Source: Gekko japonicus (lineage: Eukaryota). Taken from it: a stretch of DNA of 64,000 nt. The first letter of the stretch is position 1. The number at the start of each line of letters is the position of its first letter. Location of the stretch: assembly GCF_001447785.1 (NCBI RefSeq), contig NW_015168654.1:1748031-1812030 (forward strand), in the 5' to 3' direction. A program made the translations under genes and the position numbers. This document shows positions 34,501-45,300 of the stretch, piece by piece. The notes beneath the pieces are model-generated. The model had not been told where the DNA came from and searched no databases. It worked only from the letters and a program-made list of their open reading frames with translations.

Positions 34501-37127
34501 TTTAAAGCATTTTAAATGGTCTGCTTCTAGCCTGAGGATTCTTTTATAAATATCATTTTAGGTTGCTCAGTGTTTCTTTTATGCAGGGTTTTTATATCCC
34601 TGGCTTGTTTTTAATGGCTTGTTTTACTACTGATAACTTTTATGTTGTAGTTTTAATGATTTTATTGTATTTTGTTTGTTTGGGGAGCTGCCTCAAGCAG
34701 GTCTCTGGAGAGTTGGCATATCAATTCTCTAAATAAATCAATAAAATACACCTCTGTGCACAGTCAGGTGATATCTTTAGCAGGACTAACTCAAACATCA
34801 CAATGTCAAGAGGGAGCTTTCTCTGTGATTCTTCCTCAAACTGGGAGCCACTGTTCTTCAGCAAAGGCAAAGGGTGACTCCAGTGTGAAATGGCTGAGCA
34901 GAACTGAACAATAGGCTTAACTGTATTAATCATACCATAAACAGACACGACACCTTTCTGAATCAACTGCAGGTGTGTGTTAAGTGCCATCAAGTTGCTT
35001 CCCATTTATGGCGACCCTATGAATTACAGAGCAATCCTCTGTTGCGCCTGTGCTGCAGCAGCTGCCCATGGTGCAACAGTGGTGCCACCAGTCGCCTCCC
35101 TAAGGGGAAAGTTACACAATGGCCACATGGGGGGGGGAGATGCTCTGTCAGTGTTGGCAGGCACTGCCACGGTGGCATCCATTGCGTTTCCACAGCAGCA
35201 TTCTGTCCCAGCATTGCTGCTACGTGGAGGCAGCAAGATAGACAGGGCAGGCAGGACAGACCGCACAGGACTCCCAAGGGTCATGATAGATAAGAATGTG
35301 GATGTGCCCTCTGCTCACTGGCAGCCGTGCCATCCAGCAGGGCACTCAAGCTGTCAAGGGTGTTGCTGTGGCAACCGCCGTGTAACCCCCACTGGAGGAT
35401 GAGCAGGAGGGGGGCAGGGAGTGCAGGGGGTGCCATGTCATTCAGTAAAGTTTGTTCAGATATATTCTTCGTATCTCTCTGTTACCTAGAATATAAATTG
35501 GACTAGAGAGCTAAGGGATAAAATCCCAGTTTTGGGATTCCCTGACTACTGATCCACTCAAAACAACACCAGGCATCGAAGGCAGATCACCCACTCAGTC
35601 GGCCCCAACTCAGAGCAACCAACTAGACCCTAGACCCTTTAGATATGAGATCAGGAGCTGCCATCGACCGCCAGCCTCTGGCATCAAACAGGAATGTGGT
35701 TCTTACCCTGCTCCCTTGTCATGGTGTCAGCATCCTTCTCAACCTGACCAACATTCTTCAAATAGTCTTGGAGCATCCTATTGACAAATGGAACCACCAG
35801 TTGGTCCAGCCAGGGCTGGGACAATGCAGAACACAGGGAAAGGCTGATAGGGACTGAAATGAAAAGGTATCACAGGAAGGGACCTAGCACTTAGCCTTCA
35901 GATCTGGACAATTCACTGAGAAAGGGCCCTGTGTAGCCTGATAAATTTCAGGAAAAAGACATCTCAGGACTCAGGTTTGCCTGGAATGGGAACAATGTAC
36001 TGGAAGCTTTACCTTAAAATCCCATAGGCATGCAAAGTTCACCCATCACCACTCAGCAGTGAGGAAAAAGCATTCAGCACATGTTCAGAGGTGTACGTGG
36101 AGTGAATCCAAGCTTTAAAAACAGACTCTGCGGCCAGCATCTTGCTGAGATATACACTCAATTGGGAACTTCCTGTCTGGGGGGAAGAGGGTCTCTTTTC
36201 CACTTGGAGAGGAATCAGGGCTGAACAGCTCATCTTGGAGATTGGAGGGAGGGAGGCTCTGCACTTAAGGCTCGTTGTTTAGTTATACTAGTTAGACGGG
36301 CATGAATTTGTGGGAATCACAGCAGGATGGGAGAGAGCTTTTACCTATCAATCGCCATCTCTTCTCTCTTCCCCTGCATCCTCTGGCTTCCCTCTCTCCT
36401 CCAGCCAAAAGGTGAGCAGAACAAGACTAAACAATCTGGAAGCAAACCTGGTATTGGACGTGTGTGTGTGTGCATGCATGCGGACACATGCATGTATGGG
36501 ACAGGCACTCACCTCACATTCTCCTTCCCTGGATGCAGAGGGTTAAGGATGGGATGATCCCTAGGATCACTGAGAGTCTCCAGCCTAGAAAGACCAAAAC
36601 GAAGGGTGTGAGATGCAGACTAGCCATTTAACTGACAGGGAAATCTCCCAGTGGGCCACTGCCCTAGATGGCCACTGGCAGCCAGGAGCCAATTACTCAG
36701 GGGCCACTTGGCTCAGATACTCTGAGCCAGACTGTTCATCAGCAATGGTAGTTGGCATCTTCTCCTGCACTGCTTCCAACTTGGGGGATGATGCAGTGGG
36801 GGAGCAGATGCACTGAGCGACTCTTGCAGCACGAGTGCTGGCTGGTAGCATAGCTTGACTTGCTCCAGAGCCATTTTCACTTCCCAGTCCACTTGGGGGG
36901 GGGGGTTGCTCTTGTGAGCATTGGAAACAGGGCAACGCAGAAGCCCCCACCCCCACCCCACCCCCCTAGTGGGCTTGATAGGACCCCAGTACCTTCACCA
37001 TCCCTGGTTTAAAAAAGCAGTTCGAGGCCCCTTCCCCACCTTGGTACCTCTTACTGCCATCCTTTGGTGCTGCCCAGCTGACTGGCAGAATGAGTAGCAG
37101 AGTGGCTAAAAAAATCTCCTCCTTCAT
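28218..37127 (-). CDS. CGREF1: Cell growth regulator with EF-hand domain 1, gene span (5 coding exons, 240 aa)
   Basis: Exons 80+72+71+125+375 = 723 nt in frame. Signal peptide plus AAPKDG, two EF-hand loops (DYDKSGRLDGLE, DLNRDGLLEPSE), syntenic between KHK and ABHD1. Confidence 0.92.
29115..29330 (+). mobile_element. 5S rRNA-derived SINE (best of about 9 copies)
   Basis: CTCGTCAGATCTCGGAAGCTAAGCAGGGTCG matches the 5S box A region, followed by a non-5S tail. Confidence 0.7.
30708..30996 (-). mobile_element. Squam3-like SINE
   Basis: Full-length copy of the same family as 10977. Confidence 0.8.
31099..31223 (-). CDS. CGREF1: CGREF1 coding exon 4 (EF-hand 1)
   Basis: ctgcag|CT...TTG|gtaggt; 125 nt; LLLLFVLHDYDKSGRLDGLEFMRLLSELAEEQAKRQPLPDL. 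Confidence 0.92.
31672..31947 (-). mobile_element. Squam3-like SINE
   Basis: Full-length copy of the same family. Confidence 0.8.
35707..35777 (-). CDS. CGREF1: CGREF1 coding exon 3
   Basis: caatag|G...CAGG|gtaaga; 71 nt; MLQDYLKNVGQVEKDADTMTREQ. Confidence 0.88.
36513..36584 (-). CDS. CGREF1: CGREF1 coding exon 2
   Basis: ttctag|G...AG|gtgagt; 72 nt; LETLSDPRDHPILNPLHPGKENV. Confidence 0.85.
37048..37127 (-). CDS. CGREF1: CGREF1 first coding exon
   Basis: MKEEIFLATLLLILPVSWAAPKDGSK; donor AG|gtacca; acceptor ttccag| puts the exon start at 37151. Confidence 0.9.
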
Positions 37128-37559
37128 CCTGGCACCATTCAGGGGAGTAGCCTGGAAGGAAAATGAAGGACCAGCATCAGTGAGTGCCCTGTTTGGGGTT
37201 GGTATAGCAGGGAGACCTCTAGTGCTTGCTCCCTGCAGTGAAATGTGTGTGTTGTTATTACTCCAGCAATACCCACACAGCCCTGACCTGAATAACCCCA
37301 GGCTTGTTTGATCTTATCAGATGTGGGAAGCTGAGCTCAGCCCTGGTCAGTCTTTGGATAGGAGGAGACCACCAAGGAAGTCCGGGGTCTCTGTGCCAAG
37401 GCAAGCAATAGTAAACAACCTCTGAACGCCTCTTGCCTGGAAAACCCCATGGGGTCTCCATATCTCGGCTGCAACTTGATGCCAAAAAAGGGGGGTTTAC
37501 AAAGGATGCATTTCACACATTTAGTGGCAGCAAAACAAGTCAAGGACAGATGTTATAAG

Positions 37560-37743
37560 CAATGTTCCCTCTAAGCTGTGGAGTCTTGTGAGCAAAAATT
37601 CTACTTTGTGAGCTACTGGCATTAAGGTTGTGAGCGAGCAATTTGGCTACTGCATCAGCGAATGTGCTCTGGAACCATCCTTCCTGAGCAAAGACAAAAA
37701 TGTGTGAGCTAGCTCACACTAACTCAGCTAAGAGGGAACATTG
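37560..37743. mobile_element. hAT MITE (CAGTGTTCCCTCTAAGCTG family)
   Basis: TIRs plus perfect 8-bp TSD GTTATAAG. Confidence 0.85.
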
Positions 37744-38089
37744 GTTATAAGTTGCCTTGGGTCCATGGGGGCAAAAAGCAGGGTATAAATATAAATAAAT
37801 AAAAAGTGCAAACCCCCACCCACCCATCCCAGCACCACTGGGACACACAAGATAGTGAGCTGCTTTATCAGGTGTCTTTCTGGTCCACCCTGCATTCTGT
37901 TTCCAACCCTAGTCTGTCAGAGTTTCACATGCACATTGGTGCCCTCTTATGGATGCCCCAGACAGGCAGCCCGGCCACAGGGTCCCCAAAGGCAGACGCC
38001 ACACAACAACATTCAGCCAGGTAAACCCTGCTGCGTCTCATTCACACAGGCCTTCTTCCACACGCAGAGAGGAGGCGCTCAGAGGGCTC

Positions 38090-39140
38090 TTGCCCATTCA
38101 TCCCACTGCCAGCTACGGAGGCGCCCGCCTCTCCGACGGGAAAGCACAGCCGGCCTGCCAACCATCCTCCGCCGGCGGCCCCACTCCTAGCAGACCGCAG
38201 CTCTCTCTCGGGGCACGATCTAGGCACACACACACGTGCAGCAGGTGCCCGCGCCTCCCAGCCAGACCCTCCGGCGCGCCTGCAACCCCTCCCCCTTCAG
38301 CACTGCAGTGCGGCGCCGTCCACGGCTGGCCACGCTCACGCGGACGGAACGCTCCGGCTCCTGGCCACGCACCGGACTGGCTGCGGCCGCCCCCGCTCGG
38401 CTTGCAGATCACCGGGGGNNNNNNNNNNNNNNNNNNNNNNNNNNNNNNNNNNNNNNNNNNNNNNNNNNNNNNNNNNNNNNNNNNNNNNCGCTGGCAGGCA
38501 CTAGGCCGGGCCCGCCCTGCGCCCCACCGCGGCCCCTCCCCAGGCACCCCCCCTATAGGGGGTGGTGCCCCAGCCCCCTTACTAGATCTCCCCGCCCTCC
38601 GGTCGCGTCGCGTGTCAGAGGAAGCTTCCTGCGGCGGCTCTTCCCACCCCTAGTCTTTGTTTCTACCCATTCTTCCAGTCGGCGACACAAGGCGAGGATC
38701 GAACCGGAGGCTTTGTGCATGCAGCTCAAGGGGATTTCGCTTACTGGGGGGGGGGGGGGGGGGGGGAAGTCTTCATTTCCCCTTGATCTCACAGCCAAGA
38801 GTGCGCACAACGACCCCGCAGGGGGACTACAAAACTAGGGTTGCGGGGTTTTTTTGGGGGGGGGAGCTCCTTTTTGGCTTGCTTAGGGGAGCGCTGGAAT
38901 GCCGGCGTGAGCTTTCGGCTTCCACAGATCTCTTCCGACCATCGCCTCGGGCAGCGGCTGCTGTTTTCCTTCCGGCTCCATCCTCTGCCTTTGAACCCAG
39001 CCCCTCTCGGGACGTGGCCCTCAAACAGGCGGCCGGCAAGAATCTAGCCGGAGGCATACGGATTATGTCCTGCAAGGAGCGTTTATATGTGTTTTTGATC
39101 TCAAACATTCGCCTAAGGAAGAGGGTCGAAACACGCCGGG
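38090..39140. promoter_or_regulatory. CpG island, likely CGREF1 promoter and non-coding first exon
   Basis: Dense CpG and GC boxes about 1 kb upstream of the CGREF1 ATG exon, which has its own splice acceptor; contains an N gap. Confidence 0.6.
38419..38488. other. Assembly gap (others at 56064-56113 and 59606-59646)
   Basis: N runs. Confidence 0.99.
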
Positions 39141-41749
39141 ATTTGTGTTTATGTTTTTGATACAAAAGGGATTTTACAAAATGAGATCTTCTGTCATGTT
39201 TTTTAAAAAGAGGTGGTACGCTATAGTGGTTAGAGGAAACGGAGAGTTCCAGGTTCGAATCCCCACTTTGCCAGGGACGCTCACTGGGTGACTTTGAGCC
39301 AGTCACGCACTTTCTGTCTAGCTTACCTCACACAGTTGTTGTGAAAATAAAGAGGAGAAAACGATTTCAATAGCTTTGGGTCCCCATTAGAGGAAAAGAT
39401 GGGATATGAATGACATAAAAATAAATGAATAAACTGAATCCTTTGTCTTGTTTCCCTTAAAATTTTTAGTAATGCTGAGAGAAGGGGGTGATGAGATGGC
39501 CAGTGACTCCTCAGCTCTGAGGCTATTGAATTGATGCTACAATGCACCTGTCAAAATCCTTTGCAAGATCTTGGTTGTCCAGCAACTCAGGTTTAGCACA
39601 GTTTCCTCCTTGTAAAGGATTTTCTACTTATAAACAGTGTGGAAATACATGACCCCTTAAAAGATGGACTCTGGTTCTTAATAGGGAAAGGATAATATGC
39701 ATAACATTGTTAGTAGGGGGTTTATTTTTCAAAGTTTATCTCAGTCATGGGACAAGTGCTGAGGAAAGGGAGGTGTGGACCAGGGGTTGCCAACTCCAGG
39801 TAGGGTGATTCCTGGATATTTGGGGGTGAAGCCTGGGGAAGGAGAGAGTTTGGGAAGGGGAGGGAGCTCAGAGGGGATGTGGGGCCATAGAGTCCACCCC
39901 CAAAGAAGCCATTTTCACTAGGGGAATTCATCTCTGTGGTCTGGAGATGGCATAATTTCAGAAGAGCTCCCCCATCCTGAGGGGTGTGTGTGTCTTCCCA
40001 TTTAGGCCTGGCTAACAATAGCAATGCGTGTAGACTGGAGATTTGCGTTGAAATCTCCACACAGCCACAGTGGCTGAGCTACTTTGTGGCTTTGGGCAAG
40101 TCTAATCTACCTTGCTGGGTTGTTGTCAGTGTTCTCTCTAAGCTGAGTTAGTGTGAGCTAGCTCAAAGTTTTTTAGCCTCCTGCTCACACATTTTTGTCT
40201 TAGCTCAGGAAGGATGGCTCCACAGCAAACTAATTTATGCAGTAGCCAAATTGCTCACTCACAACTTTAATACAAGTAGCTCACACACTACATTTTTTGC
40301 TCACAAGACTCCAGAGTTTAGCAGGAACATTGGTGTTGTGTAGACAAAATGAGACAACTGCCATGTGTGCCGTCCTCTGCCCTTTGAAGGAAGCAGTGGA
40401 TGCAAAATGTCCTCATACCTACAGCCTCAAACCAGCTAGCAAACCCCGGAATTGGGAGCGAAGGTTGCTTATTGATGAGAGGAAGAATATTTTATACATG
40501 CTCAGAGGCACTCTCTGCTCACCATGTGTTTCAAGCAGCTTTGAACATTTAAATTCTTACCGGTCAGGGGAGTAAAAGGCAAAAGTCTTCCAGATTCTGG
40601 TGGGTGATTCCCTTTCCGGGCTCCAGATCATGTTTGGCAGGTTCCCCAAGGGGTGGGTTAGTAAGCCACATTGAGCCCTGGGGAAATCTGGAAGTGTGTT
40701 TATTTTTAAAGAAAGAAAAAAAGTCTTCGGGCTGTTGGGGAAGGCGACAGTTACCATGTATCAGTCGGAGGAGTCAACCATTGCAAAGAAAAAGTGTTAG
40801 AAAAAGGAGGGGTCTTGTAGCACCCTAGAGAGTAACAGAATTATCGTGCCAGGAGCATTCTGGGCAGCAGTCCCACTGGGTCAGATGCACCGCATGCATT
40901 TTTGCCCTTTCGATGAAGCGAGCTTTAGCTGACGAAAGCCTCTGACTGAGGCAGTAAATCTGTTAACCGTTCCAGAGGGATAGCAAAAATACAATGATCA
41001 GGATCCTTTTTCGGCCAACCACATTTTATTGCAGTACAAGCTTCTCCGGACTAAAGCCCGCTTCTTAAGGTGCTATGCACGGATGCTTTAAGGTTGCCAA
41101 ACTCCAGGTGAGGCCTGGAGATCTCCCGGTATTCCGACTGATCCCCGGACGGCAAAGATTGGTTCCCCTGGAGAAAACGACTGCTTTGGAGGGAGGCATT
41201 ATATACCCCGCTGAGGTCCCAATCCGCCCCAAATCCCGCCTTTCCCAAGATCCACCTCCCAAATCTTCAGGAATTTCTCAATCCGGAGTTGGTTTTAGGT
41301 AGTCTGCAGTAGAAAGACAAGATTGAACTACTTAGCACTTTAGCAAGATCACCAACAGGAAGAGAAGAACAGGAAATTGGATTTATACCCCGCCCTTCAC
41401 TTGGAGTCTCAGAGTGGTTTACAATCCCCTTCCTCTCCCCACAACAGACACCCTGGTATCTGACCAAGGGAGCTCTGACCTTTGAATGTTTATATACTGA
41501 TAACCTTGTTGGTTTTTAAAGTGCTCCTGGACTCGAATCTCGCTCAGGCATACATAGAACTGTTAGGGAGAAATCAATCTTTAGAGGGTCTTCCCAAAAT
41601 AAGTCCAATATTATTTAACAGCGCTTGCTCCCAGGAAAGTGTCCTTAAGGATTGCAGCCTCTCTGTCTCGAAAGGTGCCGCAAGACTCCTGTTGTGGTTT
41701 TTGGGGCTACGACGACAGAACTATTGGGGCTGGGACCTGGCTGACAGCA

Positions 41750-42320
41750 ACGCCTTCTCTCGTTTCGGTTCTGCCCCTCCGGCTGGAATGAATGGCAGGC
41801 AGAGGCACGGTGCCCGTCACAAAGATGGCCGCGGGTGGGCGGGGATTTGCGTCAGCCCAGCCCAAAGAAGGCAGCCCAGCTGGGGAGGTGGGCGGTGCTT
41901 GCTCCTTCCCGGCAGGGCAGTGATCGGTGCTAGCTCAGGGGTTCGCGGCGGGGCGCGCTGCTTGCCTGGTCTGGCGGGCGCGGGACTGGACGGAAGATGT
42001 TGGGACTGTCGCTGCTGGTGGGCTTCAGCACCGGGTTGCTCGCCTATTACTGGGCTCGTGTCCCCAAGGTCAGTGCTTCCGCCTCTCCGAGCGCCCTGGA
42101 CTGGCGGGAGGAAGCCGGCAAGTTCATCTTCTACGGGAACCAGGGGGTTGGAGGACGGATGGAAAGGGCTCTTCTGCCCCGAAGCCCCTCCGGCTGTTGC
42201 CAACAAGCTCCTAGGGAAAACAAGACGTGTGGCTCAGCTTTTATTCCTCTCTATTGCTTCTGCTTCCCGTGCCTTCGTCCGTCCTTTCTGCGGCTGAGCG
42301 TGTGCAGAGTGCCTTATGAG
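41750..42320 (+). promoter_or_regulatory. CpG island / ABHD1 promoter
   Basis: CpG-rich, GGGCGG boxes, AAGATGGC (YY1-like) upstream of ATG 41997. Confidence 0.6.
41997..42068 (+). CDS. ABHD1: ABHD1 exon 1
   Basis: [24 protein letters not shown]|gtcagt; hydrophobic anchor. Confidence 0.85.
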
Positions 42321-45300
42321 ACGGGAAGCTTTACAAGGTCGAAGGCGCAGGTTTAGGCAGAGGGGAGATTGCGGGTCCTTCGCTTTTAACGAGACTGAAC
42401 CCTGCCCAGCTCCTTCCTCTACTTACTTCCTTGGTCGGGAATCGGGGATATTGAGGCCAGGCCTGGCAGGCTTGCCAGGGTGGTGGTGTAGTACCCATCT
42501 GCTGACACATCCGGCCGCTTGTGCTGGCTCCCTTCTCCTCCTGTGTCTGTCTATTGGATGCCCAAGTGGTTAATTGTTTTAAGTGGTGGGGGTTTCCAGA
42601 AAGTTAGAAATTCTGTTTGATACGATCCCAGATGTTTTCTCACAGCTGCAGGAAAACGGACTCCTGTCCAGTTGTATCTTAGAGACCAACAAGAGTTTCA
42701 GGGCAGAAGCTTCCAAGAGTCAAAGCTTCCTTTGTCAGAGGTGCTCTTTCTTGTGAAAGGAAAAAAGATGCTTTGTACATACTGGGATGTATTCTTTCCT
42801 TTATTATTAAGTCACATGTTTAAGGCTGATCCCTGCTGCTGCAGAATACAGGTCTTGGAACTCTAGCTGGGAACCTGATAGCAGTTATTAGGTATGGAAA
42901 CCAACACCCTATTTCTCACCTCCCACCACTGGCTGCTTCTGTGTGTTTCTCTTGGGTCACTTTCCTTCTGCGATAATGCCTTTCCTTACAGATGTTATTT
43001 TCCAGTCCCCTCTAGAATATGCAGCTCCCTCTACCTTAATGCCTCCCTATGACTACACTTTGCCCATGAAACAAACAAAACCAACCATAAAGCCAAGGGT
43101 GTTTTAGTATAAACACCTTTGCCCTGGAGTCAGGACTGACTGTGGGTGGGTCAGGAAGTGCCTGCTTCTACGGGCAGCTGATCCAATTTATCACCACTTG
43201 TTCCTGCTGTGTAGGCTCTGTTACTGTTCATCCCGGCAAAGATGCCTACTTTGGGAGGTGTCACATGAAAGGACATAAGGAGAAGTGCACACACAGGGCA
43301 GTTCCTGTGGTTTTTTGGGGGGGGTGGGGGGACTTGGCTCAGGTCTTGACTGGGGCTTAATGACAGGCTGGGTTCCAAGAATCTGAGACCTGTGTACCCA
43401 GGCAGATCAAGTGAGAAATTAGTCTTGTATCCCCCCTTGTAAAATGCTTAGCTGGGGAGACCCAGGTCCAAACCTTTTCTCAACTATAAAGCTTGCTGGA
43501 TGACCTTAGGCCAGTCACCACCATCATCTCCCTCTGTGTAATCTACCTCAAAGGGTTGTTGTGAGGTTAAAATGGAGAAGAGCAGAGCTTTCCTTCACTG
43601 GAACTCACCTTGTCAGATACACAGCTCTTTTTTTAGAATGAGTTGCATTGACTTGGGCTTTGGGATGCGGAACAAGGGGTCTACATCTTGAACAAAGAGC
43701 CATCTTGACTGCCAGTCGATTAGTTGCCTGTGGGTGTTGGACAGAACCACAGAAGCAGTGGTCTGCTGCACCCTTGTCAAGAAGCCCACAAAAACTATTA
43801 GCCTGCTTCCCCGCACACAACTGTGAGTAGTCATTTACAGAATATAGACAGTAGCATATAGTAAACAAAGAATCTGTTAACAGTTTCCTTCCTGGTTGCC
43901 TTACAACAACTATTACTCACTCCAGGCGAGTGACTTACAAATCTCCTGTTGTGCAATTTCCTGCAAGGAGGCCTGTGAGTATGGGGCAGGTCATCTGAAA
44001 CTGAAGCCGGGATGGCCCTTTCTCTCTGTACAGCGCCCCCTGCTGGTGGCTTGTCAGCCATTCCGTTCCTTCCTGGAGAAGCACTGTCCTATAGTGGATG
44101 AGACGTTCTACCCCACACCGTGGTGTTTTGATGGCCGGCTCCAGACCATTGTCCGTGTCTTCCTCAAATCGCGCCCACCTGTCCACTACCGCAGGTAGGA
44201 CTGGAGACGAAGACTGGGAATGGCTCGGGGGCAATTATTTTTCCTTATGCTGCGTGAGCAGCTGTTGACATCTGATTAGGCAGGTGGACACCAAGTTTTG
44301 ATCCCTTGCATCTTGTTAATCCATGCTAGGCCTCTGTGCCACAATATCCTGTTTTCTAGTTCATCTAACTTTTGGGCATTTGAGTAGAGGTCACTGGAGG
44401 CGAGGTAGCTGTAAATCTCATGCGTTGTGTAGGGTGTTGGACTAGATGACCGTTGGGATCATTTCCAGCTCTATATTTCTGTGTTTCTACCCTATCTCCT
44501 TGTTCCTCCATTTCCCATTCAGTGAGGTGCTGCGAACTAAAGATGGAGGGCAGCTGTTACTGGACTGGGCCGACGATGAAGACAGGGATACAGGGCGCCC
44601 TGACCCAGAGAGCTGTCCCATTGTCTTACTCCTGCCAGGGCTGACAGGAAACAGTGAAGAGACCTACATTCTGCACATGGTGCGCACTGCCCGACAACAG
44701 GGCTACAGGTGAGAAAGCTCCACTAGGTAGCCTGTGCCAGTCTCTGCAACTGTGGAGCAGGGATAAAGAACCGTGTGTGGAGTAGCTTGCTGTATGTAAA
44801 TTTCAAATAGACCCCCTTCGTACCTCTATGACCAGTCTACTTGAAGAACAGCCTCTTCTGACAAGAACCTGTGAACACACCTCAGAACCCCTTAGAGAGT
44901 AATTAAAATGTGGGATTCGGTGCCCGAGTATGTAGTGATGGCCACAGTAATAGACTCGTGGAGGATAAGTCTATCACTGGCTACTAGCCATGGTGACTGA
45001 GGGGAAACCTCTGAATTTCAGAGCCAGGAGGCAACATCAGGGGAAGGCCTCGGCCTCTATGCCCTGTTGTTGACCCTCCAGAGGAACTGGTTGGCTGCTG
45101 TGTGAGACAGGATGCTGGACTAGATGAATCACTGTTCTGATCCAGCAGAGCTCTTATTTTGTTCTTAATCTGCTTCAGTTGGAGCCATTCATCCAGCTAC
45201 CACCCAGTCTTGCTCGTTGACAACAGGAACTCCAATTTTCTAAAATGGTTAACTGGAGAAAATGTGGAAGGCCCCTACTTGGCCTACTTCCACAGATAGG

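Noticed and set aside
36013-36112. AG/GT-bounded candidate CGREF1 exon
   Set aside because: Has a stop in the required phase; the true exon at 36513-36584 fits both phase and homology.
37949-39306. Long ORFs in the CpG island
   Set aside because: Stop-poor GC-rich DNA, partly spanning an N gap; no recognisable protein.
41482-42297. 271-aa ORF over the ABHD1 promoter
   Set aside because: Non-ATG start in a repeat, CpG-island composition, and out of frame with ABHD1 exon 1.
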